This document shows, one piece after another, positions 26,785-38,600 of a DNA stretch of 64,000 nucleotides. This DNA is from Nymphaea colorata. Taxonomy: Eukaryota. A program made the position numbers and the translations under genes. How positions within the stretch are numbered: position 1 is the first letter of the stretch; each line of letters begins with the position of its first letter. The notes beneath the pieces were generated by a model that saw only the letters and a list, made by a program, of their open reading frames with translations, did no database searches and had not been told where the DNA came from. The DNA is taken from NCBI RefSeq assembly GCF_008831285.2, contig NC_045138.2:30318001-30382000 (forward strand). Reading direction: 5' to 3'.

Positions 26785-27220
26785 CAATGTTTAAAAACCC
26801 AGCAGAGTCATCCGAGTTGACTCGGCTGACTCAGTGACTCGGCCTTCAACCTGGTCCAAAAAATGGAAAAACCAGGAATTGTCGTGACCAGGCCGATCAT
26901 TCGAGTTTTGGCCAAGTCAAAGGTGGGTCTAACTGAGTCATCTTATGGATACGATCTAAGTGTGCATGTCTTACATGTACAAATATACTTCTAAATTATA
27001 TGAAAAACACATTTATAACAAAATTTAGGCATAATGTGTGTGCGTGTGTGTACCTATATACTGCTAAAGCTTATAGTTTACATATGTATATACATTATTA
27101 TACATGCTATGCGTAATATGCCAGTAGTCCATACATATCAAAATATACTTCAAGGAAAAAATGAAGTTGTCAAACTAGCTGTGACTGAGTTTTCCACAAA
27201 ACCAGGTTTTAACAAAACCC
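26785..27220. mobile_element. Degenerate MITE-like element with GACTC/GAGTC subterminal repeats
   Basis: Begins CAATGTTTAAAAACC, carries clustered CGAGT/ACTCG motifs, ends near GGTTTTAACAAAAC. No clean TSD found. Confidence 0.4.
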
Positions 27221-27244
27221 ATTTTTTCAAAGTGTGATCCAGAC

Positions 27245-27441
27245 CAGGGGCGGAGCCAGGATTTTGTTGAGGGACGGGCCAAACCATCGGCGGGTTGGGC
27301 CAAGAGGAGCGACGGTAGGGCCAAAAGAAACGATGGGTCGGGCCAAACTAAAAAAAATTAATTTTTTACATATAAATTTTTTTTTTTTCTGGGCTCACCC
27401 GGGCCATGGCCCGGGCGGGCCCCCCCCTCCCTCCGCCCCTG
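27245..27441. mobile_element. hAT-type MITE (197 bp), CAGGGGCGGAG family
   Basis: Perfect 11-bp TIR CAGGGGCGGAG/CTCCGCCCCTG; perfect 8-bp TSD ATCCAGAC at 27237-27244 and 27442-27449. Confidence 0.9.
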
Positions 27442-27503
27442 ATCCAGACGCCACCTACATAGACTCATACGGCTACGCGGTCGACTACTGATGACCTCAT
27501 GGT

Positions 27504-27658
27504 CAGGGTGAGCCAGAAGTTTTTTGTTACAAGGGCCGAACTAAGGTTTCGAAATTTTGACAGGGGCCAAAATATATAATTTTTCAAATTTTTTTATATA
27601 GGTTAAGTTAAACTATTTTAAATTTTATAGGTAAAATTTTAAACTTCCATAGCCCCTG
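27504..27658. mobile_element. Older hAT-type MITE, CAGGG family
   Basis: Ends CAGGGTGAGCC...GCCCCTG; TSD CTCATGGT/CTCATGAT (7/8). The interior (GGGCCGAA..AAATTTTGACAGGGGCC) resembles 43972-44182. Confidence 0.65.
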
Positions 27659-30029
27659 CTCATGATCCTCACTCACCTTTAAATTAAATGTCCAAATAAA
27701 GCTGGACTACTTGCTTTAATAGTGTTTGAATCATGTAATCTGGATTTAATACAAGAACTAAAATTGTAAAAAAAAAAAATTGTTTTGATGCTAAAATTAC
27801 ATTTGGAACACGATCTTTGCTTTATCTGATGCAACTATAAATGGACGAAAAAAAGTTCAGTTGTACACTTATATATATCTCATAGAAATTATTTTGCAAC
27901 AGGAATAGTAGCATACTGTTTGTTTCATGCATCTACCCCAAAATTGTTAAGGTCGCATGTTATCCTAAAGAATATTGGCGTAAATTTATAGCATGCTATA
28001 TGAATATGCTCCAATCCTTGGTTATAGTGTTCACAACGACCGCGTAACAAAACAGTGTTTATGACGAACTCGTAAAAGTAGAAAATTACAATGATGCCCT
28101 TGACCCGCAAAGTTCGTTGGGATCAGACTTCACACTCCAACCAAACCCATTTTGTTGTGCTAATTGCTGCTAACTTCTGATTAATTTCCAGCTTTGCTTC
28201 TCCTTGGGTAGAGTCAAAAACCTATATTATTAATCCCATCACTCAGACTCAAGTAATAGAACTCATCTACTCATCTCTTCAAAAGACTAGTGAAACACGC
28301 AACCTACCTGCTCTACAATACTTTTGATTTGAAGGTCAATACACTTACTAAAGCGATGTTCAACTTGCAATAAGCTGCCAAAATAGACTCTCTTGATAGA
28401 AACAGCCATTCACTATGAGGTCACCAACACATGAATTATTCTCATTATCTGCAAATATGTGGCTCACAAGATCATTCACAATGTATTAGTCCTGAAGAAG
28501 TAGTTGTCATGACTCCATGGAACAAGAATCCTGATCTGTTGTTTGCACCTAGCTCTTCTCTGTTCATCTCCATCTTGTTGGGTTTTACTGTGACCCACTT
28601 TAGACAAACAATTAATGCACTTCTGATGGAGGATTGCACATGATTTTATGTATTTGTGTTCAAAGTATCGACATGATAAGGATTCTAATCATACAAATGA
28701 GATCTTTGTTTTTATTTATACAAAATCCAACAGCAGGGAGTATTTTTCAATCTTTTGTAAACTATAAAATTTTGGGTATACAAGTTAAGATTATGGGTGA
28801 GCCGCGAGAACCACTGCTTGGGAGAGAGTCCAAGTTCTCAACCAACCCCTTGTTTCCCTATGATACAAAGTCTGTTTTAGTGTCTTGAGTTGTCGTCTTT
28901 ATTGTGCCTCAACTTGCACATCAGTGACCGTTCTTTTCATTCCCTTCCCTTCTTTTTTTCTTTCTTTTTTTTTTTTTCATTACAAGAGATTGATGCTTCT
29001 GACACTCGAAATAGAGACTGCTTGCCAAACAACTCTCATTTCTTACCATTGTGCCAATCCCCTCGGGAAGTTAATAAACTGATTTAAGGGCTCAATTTTA
29101 GGCTGAAGACTCTAGATTTTTAGGTCAGCAAACAATTGTTCAAATTTTCCATTCATTTGTGTGAATTTGCGTAGTAGGTGGGCGGGCGTCGACTTTATAG
29201 AGAGTGGGCCCTGGGAGAGACTGAGCTATACCTTTTCCAATGGGTGGCCATGGCAGGAAGTAAAGCACAAGCCTGACTTACTCAATGCCCACAACCACTT
29301 ATCTTGCACAAAGAGGTGAGGACACCTAGATGAAGACAAGAGAATCTATAATGCCTTCAAACTTTGTTTTCCTGAAAGAAAAGAAAGAGAGATAAAAAAA
29401 GCAATGTTGTAAAAAGTTGTATGGGAGGTGGGTGGGTGCTTACTCATCGATACGGCGTATCGGCCGATATGTATCGTTATGTATTAAGGCTTGCATTGTC
29501 ATATATATTTTTCAATTTTATCAATTTAATTGAAACCAGCATCGGCTTTGCATCGAATCAGGCCAATATATTCAGATAGAGTCACATTTATAACATGGGA
29601 AGAAAATGAATTGAAGTTAGCAGGCTGGTTACTAAATGGCTAAAACACCAAAAAACATCGCCGAAAACACCATATTTCATCGCTAAAAGCACCATAAACC
29701 ATCTTTACATTGTAAACCGAAACTGATGCCCTTTAGGGCTACTTACTTTTGACAAACAGTTTTAAAATTTTCAGCCATCCAACAACATTAGGCAGCGGTG
29801 ATTGGTTCGCTAATTCCCACAACTTTGCAAGTGAAGATTGCTTACTCGCAATTTCGTTTCATGAAAAATCAAGCACAAAGAACTCATGTCTTGCAAACTG
29901 GGTCTCTGTAGACACAGAAATATTTCCTTCCACACGAATCTCTAACTTAGATTACATTGGCAGGTGGAGGGCAACTGCATCCAACCATTAAAAGAAAAAG
30001 GAAACAACAAATGAGACTGAGAAACTTGA

Positions 30030-30320
30030 AAGTAGCGGTCAATGAGTGGTGCCAACTCGGGTTCGACTCTTAAGTTAAACGAGTCGAGTTTGAGCTTAAC
30101 TGATAACTCGAGCTTGCAAATGAGTTGAGTTTGAGTTGGATGAACTCGATTAGACTTGTTTAACACTAATCCTTATTTTTGTAATTTCAAAAACTTAAAT
30201 TTGCCTAAATAAAAATGTGAAAATTTTAAGTATAAAATATATAGTAAGAGACACGAGCTTAAACGAGTTGAGTTCGAGCCGAGTTATAGGTGAGTCGAGT
30301 TGAGTTCGAGCTAACTAAAT
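30030..30320. mobile_element. Truncated MITE-like remnant with CGAG/CTCG subterminal repeats
   Basis: Dense AAACGAGTCGAGTTTGAGC / GAGTTCGAGCCGAG motifs around an AT-rich core. Termini not resolved. Confidence 0.5.
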
Positions 30321-31054
30321 AGAGGTGACGCATTTGAGAGATGGTAATATAGTGGGACTATTATGGAAACACTCCAAAACAAAACATCAATTACTTTCCT
30401 TCAACACTGAAATATTTTATCACTACGGTAAGGTAATTGTTGACGGAGATATTTTTTTCAGCTTCTTAAATGCCATGTTTGTTGGACATTTATAACTCTA
30501 TCCCCACTTCGTAATCGATGCTGAAAAAATATCTCCCCTTTATGTGCTGCATAACCAAAGATGACCATGATATTGACTAGTGGAGAAACTTTTTCCAAAT
30601 CCATTAATGCCCATTAAGGACAAACTCGTTTGATCGATTACTTCATTTAGGGCCCAGTTTGATCGCTGGCAAAAAGTTATGCCACACAACAATTTACTTC
30701 GCCAGTCTGTATGAAAAGGTTGAAAACTTTTTCTCTTTTTCAAGAGAAAAAAGGGAATTCGCTTTGGCGTGTTTGTATCAGCAAAAATCCAAACACATCG
30801 AGCCGACTACTTTTTGCAAAGTTTCACAAAAAGCAAATGCATCACAGTTTAATGTACCCAGGAATGGCCTTCCAAGTGAAAAAGTCTCTTGTTTGATAAG
30901 AAGAATATAGTGTTTTTTAACACAAAGAACACTAGATTTTTTGTTTCTAAAAATATGGTAGAATTATATCCAGTACTTGACTGATAGATGTAAAAGCAAT
31001 ATTAGTGATCATATTGTAACACAGCATGAAGCTTTGGAAACATAATATTCTTAT

Positions 31055-31252
31055 TAAGGGTGGGCGTCGGCCCGGCCCGGCCCGGCCCGTTTAAGTTTAA
31101 AAAATATATATTTTTTAAATTTTTTATTTTAATAATATATATTTATTATTAATAAATATATTTTACATTAAAAATTATTTTATGGTTAAAAAAATATTTT
31201 TTGTTTTTAAACGGGCCGAGACCTGGGCTGCCCGGCCCAACGCCCACCCTTA
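31055..31252. mobile_element. hAT-type MITE (198 bp), TAAGGGTGGGC family
   Basis: Perfect 13-bp TIR TAAGGGTGGGCGT/ACGCCCACCCTTA, (GGCCC)n subterminal repeats, perfect 8-bp TSD ATTCTTAT at 31047-31054 and 31253-31260. Confidence 0.9.
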
Positions 31253-31562
31253 ATTCTTATTACCATTTTTTTTTTTGTAGTTTCTAAGTTTTGCATTTAA
31301 ACTCAAGTCTGAATTTTATATGTACATTAGATAATGAAATTTATCAATTTTAGCGACCCTAACAACATTCATTTTTGCTCTCTTCCCTCTCATCTCCCTA
31401 TTAAATCACAATTAATGAAGAAAGAAGAGTTCAGAGAAATAGATTGTCAAGATTGTTGGTCCTTCAATTTTAGTTGTGTAATTTAAAACTAAATAAGCAA
31501 ATTCTGAATCAATTGACCAATTCTAACCATGTAAATAATCATCCAATTCATCAATCCCTTTG

Positions 31563-31658
31563 GGGGTGTTTGGTAACAAGAACACAGTGTTCTTTGGAAT
31601 GCATTGCAATGGTACATTGTGTTCCAAATAATATAATGTTTCTACTACCAAACACCCC
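31563..31658. mobile_element. Tourist/PIF-Harbinger-like mini-MITE, near-palindromic
   Basis: Perfect 13-bp TIR GGGGTGTTTGGTA/TACCAAACACCCC and internal pairing TTGGAA..TTCCAA. Canonical TAA/TTA TSD not preserved. Confidence 0.65.
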
Positions 31659-32168
31659 GTTTGAGTTCCATATTTGGCAGTGCTTAGATCAGTACACGTT
31701 TCCACAATCTACCAGTTTCCTTACACATGCACCCTTTCCTCAGCTTATTTTTACTTTATCATATTTTAAAAATAATATATAAGCATTTCAAAATATTTAA
31801 TTTGAAAAATGCTTAATATTCTAAATATTCTAATTGACTGGGAATCAGAAGAGACTCATGTTGACAAAACTGGCATAGTTCCAATGAGAATCCAGTGGAA
31901 AGATAGAGCCATCGTGGTGACAATTCCGTTACATTAACGAAGGAGGAAAGTCCTGCGAGGCCAAATCATCTTCGGTCAAGGCAGAAGAAGCCTGTGCTAT
32001 TGAAATAATTAGGAAGTTTGGTCCTTTGACTTTAAAGGTGTGAAACCCAGGCAATGCAAAACACCTCACTTTGGTTGGTCAATGTGGTGCAATCGATCAA
32101 GTGAGATGTGGACGGGATGATGTGATACCGCTCTTGCCTAACCCCTTTATTTTCCTACTTTAGTCAAA

Positions 32169-32169
<1 letters not shown>

Positions 32170-32258
<89 letters not shown>
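32170..32258. repeat. (TA)n(TG)n compound microsatellite
   Basis: About 78 bp of pure TA followed by TG repeats. Confidence 0.95.
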
Positions 32259-32267
32259 AATTCACCG

Positions 32268-32730
32268 ATTCAGTTGAATCATGTAGAGGGCGAATTGGTT
32301 GCAAATGCATGCGTATCTAGTTTGACCTGCATGAGTGTTATTTTCTTGCATTGAAGAAGAGGAGGTTGGTACACTGTATGCAAGTTGAAGCATATGGAGA
32401 TCATCAATTCAGTTGAATAATGTATGTCGAGGGATGTCTGACACAAACGAATTGGTTGCAGATGCATGCGTATGTGCGTAACTCTAGTTTGACCTGCATA
32501 AGTGTTAATCTCTTGCATCGAAGAGGAGGTTGGTGCACTATGTGCAAGTTGAAGTATACATAGATCATCAATTCAGTTGAATCATGTATGCCGAGGGATG
32601 TTGGCACAAACAAATTGGTTGCAGATGCATGCCTAGGTGTGCATCTTTAGTTTGACTTGCATGAATGTTATTCTCTTGCATCGAAAAGGAAGTTCGTATA
32701 CTATGTGCAAGTTGAAACATACAGAGATCT
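32268..32730. repeat. Three-copy diverged tandem repeat (~140-165-bp unit)
   Basis: Units start ATTCAGTTGAAT at 32268, 32407 and 32571 and share AATTGGTTGCA.ATGCATGC, TAGTTTGAC.TGCAT and TGCAAGTTGAA. Confidence 0.9.
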
Positions 32731-35331
32731 ATAAACTTCATTTTTCTTGCCTTCACGGTCGTGAGTTGGTGCTAGAGTGCATAAATTTTAACCTCCGTTG
32801 AGCGCAAAAGCTTGGCGCGACGTGTGTACTACGCGCCAACACTATTTATGCCTATGAGGGCAGACGCCCATACTAAGATAATCTCTCTAATGAAAAATGG
32901 AGATTCATTTCCCATTCCTTTCATATGAAACTATGTTCCGTGAAGTTTGAAATTTGATTACATCCCTTGGAAAAGTAGGTGCACAGCGACCTGGGGTCGT
33001 CCATTGATTTGATTGTGAAAATGACAAATCAAAGAACAAGTCCCTTTTTGAATCATTCGTCAGCTCTTACATATTCTTGATTCCTTATTTCAAGCACAAC
33101 ACCAACATCTTAGGTTATAAAAAGAAAAAGAAGTTCAGTAGTCAATATATTTAAATGACGAATAAGGTTCTGAATTCTTGATTTTTTTTTTTTTATTTTG
33201 TCTCTAATTGTACTGTTGTAGCCTGACTGCACAGAACACTGAGGAAGAACGCAGTGTTCCACCGAGAGGTGGGTCTGATGTCATCAATCTCCACCGTTTG
33301 TTCCATTTGTTCCCACAATTCGGGAACGCAAGGAAGGAATGGAGTTGTTGCACCAAGACACTATATTTACTTGATTTAGCTTGTTGCCAACTCGGTTTCA
33401 ATTATATTTTTGAAAGTCATTGGTTGTTAACATATACTATTTTTTATTTATGTTACTAGTTTGACCTAGAACTTAACAAATTTGAATTTCTGAACCGATT
33501 CCAACATTGCAAGGAAAGCCATAGTTAAATGAACAAAATAAATGGAAAAAATTAAGAATAAAAGATTAAAAATACTTTAAAAATCAGTTAAAAGCTGAAA
33601 AGTGACACCTATGAATCAATTACCTTGAAATGATTTGCCACCAATTTGATTTGAATTGGCCGTTTCAAACCAATTCAAATGATGTTGCTTCTAAATCAAT
33701 ATTAATTTAGACATTGATCTCTTAGATACAATTTGCCACTATTTAGTGGACTTACTTTAAAAGTTGGAGCAGTTTCACGAAACCCAATAACATAATGTTT
33801 TATGAATTTATTTTAAATAAATTTTTGGTAATATGATGCCAAAATCAAATAGCTCTTCAAGGATGAATAAATAAATAATTTGAATGCGTTAAAAATCAGA
33901 TCAAGTCAAAATTACCGTAGCTGAAAAAAATAAATCTAAATCATAAAAAATCCTGTCCCAACCACTTATATTTAAGAAAAAATTAGCAAAGAAACAAAGA
34001 AAAAAGAAAAAAAAGGTCTTTACACGAGTAAATCGTGAAAGCTTCTTGGAGCACCGAATGATAAAGCAGCTCATTCCCGTGGCGCCACCTGTACATGCAA
34101 ATGGTTTTAAAATGACTGGGAACGGAAAAGTGTGCATGTTTTGTCAAAGCTCTTACTTTTCCCCTCAAGAAATTTTAAAATGGAGCAACTCGGTAACTTT
34201 TATAATTTTGTTTAATTTCTAGTTGGGCCGCAGCTTTTGTCTGATCTTCCTATCACATACCAACTTCTTTAAATACAAAAAAGAAGAAGAAAAACTTAGG
34301 TTTATTGATTCACATAAATTATATTTTTGTTAGTTTGACAATTATTTGTACCAATGGAGCTTCATGCACTTGGTTGGTAAAATTGATTTTATTTTGTTAG
34401 TTTTTATTTTTCTTTGTTTACTAAGTAAGAAGCAACTTCAATTGAAAGAGCCAACCATCAAACCCAAATTGCTGATGGAGCGGTTGAGATTAACTCACAA
34501 AAATTATCATATTTAATTTTCAAGCAACTCGATAAATAAAGCATGACTTGCTCACATCAACTATCAACTGTAGATCAATAATTAACACTTAACGTAGAAC
34601 AAGTTTCAATCTTAATTAACAATCCCAAATGGGCAAGTATATTTCCATGCCCACATTTGGTTTTCTTTATTTCTGAAAACTTGTTGGCGAAAAATGTTAT
34701 TTAAGAGGAAAAAAAGGAACTTACTGGCGGGCTATTTAGAATTATAAGCAAAAGGTACGCAGCAAGATGAAATTCTCGGTTTAATTTTTCCACTTGTTGT
34801 TTAACGGCTCCCTTTAAAGTGGCCAATAAAATGTATTTAGGGGGAACGTAAGTCGTCCACGGTGGTGGTGGTGGAAGGTAGCGTGTGTGCGCGCGTGAAT
34901 GTCCGAACGTGTTCCCATTGTCATTCGATCATTTGTCAAATGAATGGTTCTGCTGGTGGTGGATCTGGTCATGGTGTTAGAGGACCAGCAAAGAAGAAGG
35001 AGATGATGGTGGTGGTTTTGTAGCAGGAGGATGGAGCCATCGTAGGTAAAATCTCCGTTGATTGGGCTCGTTTATCATCATCCGTTTACCATCACTCCCA
35101 TTTGCCACATTGACTGAAGCCTATCTCAACCTCCCTTTTGCAGACCAACTTAAAAAACCCTAAACCCCCTGTGTGTGTGTGGGGTTGGGCTTTTTCCCCT
35201 TTTAGGTGAATATCTGGTTGCACCTGCACCACCATTTCTTTTTTTCTTTTTTTCCTGCATAAAACAACCCAATATTCTCTAACCTGATACTGATATAAGT
35301 ATAGGGTTAAGGTCTTCGATTCCATTCGCTA

Positions 35332-35370
35332 ATGTGGTGGTGGTGGTGTTGGTGGTGGAGGAGGAAATAG
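35332..35370 (+). promoter_or_regulatory. Putative upstream ORF MWWWWCWWWRRK* in the leader of the F-box/kelch gene
   Basis: Reads ATG TGG TGG TGG TGG TGT TGG TGG TGG AGG AGG AAA TAG. It lies downstream of a TATA-like sequence (~35292-35303) and upstream of a probable 5'UTR intron (GTGAGT at 35396, pyrimidine tract, TAG ending 35561). Confidence 0.4.
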
Positions 35371-35694
35371 TCTTCATTCTCTTCACAGGGTTAATGTGAG
35401 TCATACCCGTTCGTCAACTACTCCCTTGTTTTCTTTCCTTTCTTTTTTCTTTCTTTTCCTTTTTCTATACATCTGGAGAAGTTGGGAGTTTTCTTGGTTG
35501 ATTTGAGTCACACCAGCTCCTCAACCACCTCTTGTTTGTTTTCTTCTCCACGCACCTGTAGAAAAGCTAGGACGTTGGTTGCTTCTCGGGAAATTGCGAA
35601 GCTCCTGTGTATATCTCTATTTCAGTGCCTCTAAAAGTATCTTTTTGAGATGGCTCCTTGATTTTCTGTTTGAGAAGAGCATCTTCGGAGTCGG

Positions 35695-38600
35695 ATGGAT
35701 CGAGGGCCTCATCCTCCGTTGGTGAGTCCTGTACTTCTCTTTTTTGTACTTGATAGATTGGTTGGTTATGGTGTTTTTGCGTAAGTTATGTGTTAAATTT
35801 TGGATCAATTGTCCTATTTATAGTTGATCGATGTGTAGTTGTCTTTTGTCTGTGGTCCTTTAGTTTTGCTCAACGAACTGGAGGATTGATTAACTTGCAT
35901 TACTGTTTGTCACTGCTCCTGGGCCTTGGCGAAACATTTGGTCTAATATCAGAAGACTGCTTTTCTTCACTTCCTTTTATATGTAGAAAAATATCTGCAT
36001 GAAAATTATAGGTGCTGTAACACCAGGAAATACAGGAGTAGTACCACTTCTTAGCAACAGCTACAAGCATGACAACATATAACAGCGAGTAGTTATGGCC
36101 AAATCTTGAGGCCGTAGCATGGCAAAACTTGGTAATACCCAAAATTCAGGAAACAGATGCAACCACACGCCTTCCAAGATATGACTTCAGCGGAGTGGGT
36201 CTTTTCTATCCCCATATTTTGTTAGACATCTGGATGTGGTGTTCTGTGGCATAAAATTTATTTCAAGGAAGATGATTTGATTTCATTCGTTATTGGGTGT
36301 CCGCTTGTAAATTTTTATATTTTAAACTCTTTTGTTTCCCGTTTCATAAGTTGTTTGTCCTACTGAGTCATGCATCAAAGCCCATTTTGTTTGGTATAGA
36401 AGGTTTAGTTTTCTTTGTGAAGGTCTATAAAATGCAATTGAGGAAAGCGGGAATTGCTAGTTCTTCTTTGCTTCGTCAATGAAAAGATTGAAAAGTTGAT
36501 TGCTACCATACCCATCTTCAGCATTGGAATAACTATCTTTCCACTAGTTAATGTTTGCAAATAGCTTGTGTAAGCTACTTCCTAAGTTACGAAAGCATGA
36601 GGGTTCAGATTTTGACAATAAAACTTTTCAATCTTTACTTGCTGATACGTCTTTTTTTTTCCTTTCTGTTGTGCTTGCCTGATACTTGAAATCTTGAGCA
36701 TGTTTTACCAGGGACGTGAACATGAATGTATCTTAAGCCTTAACCTACTGGTTTTGATTTTTCTTATAATACAAGCATAGTCTTGGGATGCATCTTGTTA
36801 GAGTTTATATGTTTGAACTAGTCTCTATGTGGCTTTTGCCAAATAGTTGACCTGTTGAGGTTTTCCTCCGTCCAGTCTTCCATCACCAGATGCAACTTAA
36901 TATGGAATCTAAAATGCAAGCTTTATAGAAAGAAACACGATTTGAGTCTTAGGATGGACAATCCGTGTGACATACTTGGATGCATCTCACTAAGTTCCCA
37001 TACATGCCACATACCAGTGTGGAAGAGTATCAACCAAAGAAACATGTTACGTCTGGTTGTTGGTTGAAACCCAGCATAGGTGGACTATTAACTAATCACT
37101 TGTAGGTCCAGGGCAGACAGCAGAGGCATGCCACTAGTTCTTTGATTAAAATACTCTCCATCCTTGCATTAAGCTTGTCATCGAGGATGCCAACAAGAGA
37201 AAGGCTGTATTGATCTAGTTCTTTTCGACATAGTGAACATAATAATGAAGACTGAAGTGAATGTTGCACTTTCTCCTGTGGGGGCCAACCTGTAGGAGTT
37301 GCTGACTTGCCTGGTTTTTGAGAATTGACCTTCCTCTATACCTTGCAACACCAGTATCACATTAAAAGCCAATGAAATTTAGGAGCTACTAATTTTTTGA
37401 AAGTTTTTGACCTTTCTCTAGACCTTGCATGACCTATATCTCAATCAATTTTTTTCTGGGAACCAGTAAAGGACATGAGAATGTATTTGAACACAAAAAT
37501 GCAGTTATGCTGACATTGGGTATTGAAAGTGCTTGGGCAGAAACAGTTATGCCATTGATATCTTGATTCTGCTGCTATGTTGTAAGCTTTTTTAAGAAAA
37601 ACACACACAGATATAAGCAACAGCTAAGTATGACTTATTATGATAATCTTGTTGATTAAAGTAGTCCAAACTCTAAAGCCTAGTGGCTTGGGACTTTACT
37701 CTCCATTATTGACTCATGACTCAGTGGATTGGTCAATTCAGTGACAGGCTGGGTTTTTTGTTGACTATTGCTTTTGAAAGAAAAAAACATATATGACTTG
37801 TCAGTTAAACATAAAAGATGTTGTTGGTACTTGTATAATTCAAAAACAAGTCAAATTAGCATCAAGTTATGCCATGACTAAGTTATATTTACTCATATAA
37901 TGGACCATTAATCTACTCTATAGCTGCATACTTCAACATAATTGAGTATCCATTATCAATATCTCCCCACAAAACAACTCGAAAAAAACAAGCACTGAAT
38001 CAGTATAGGTCCCCCAATTTTGGGTGAGTCAGACGAGTGTTGGGCAAGTCTTCCAAGTTTTGAATAAAACTGGGTCCGTTACTAGGTTGAAATGGTAGGA
38101 GACTGAGCAAGAATCATCTTGTTGGCATCAGTTCCCCCCGATCTATGAACTTTGTATGCCTTCTTTCTCATGTCATGGGAATTTCCTTTTGTTTCGAGCA
38201 TTCATGTCTTCTCATTGTGAGATACTTTGATACTTCGTACAAGATCTGAAGCGAAGCCTGAGCTGTTGATTCGTTGAAGCTCAAGCTGGTGTTCCAAATA
38301 CCAGGTTTAGTACAGTATGAGCTTGAAGCCTTGGATGTTTTTGCTTGTCTTGGCAAACCCAAAAGAAAGCTCAGACTTAGATCAAAGCAGGGTTGATCAT
38401 TTCTTTTTTAGATAGTTAATTTGTTTATGTATTCAAAGACAAAGGAAGAAGGGAAGGGTACCACCCATTTCTTCACTGCTTGCATGCTCTTTCTTGTTTA
38501 TCAAGTTAGTTCAAATTTGCCATCAAGCAATGCACTTTTTTTTAATAAATATAAGACTATAGGCGAAGAAGTTCGATTTGTCTCTGGATTTTCCTTTATT

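Noticed and set aside
32268..32730. CRISPR-like repeat array
   Set aside because: Eukaryotic locus; whole units are homologous with no unique spacers and no cas genes.
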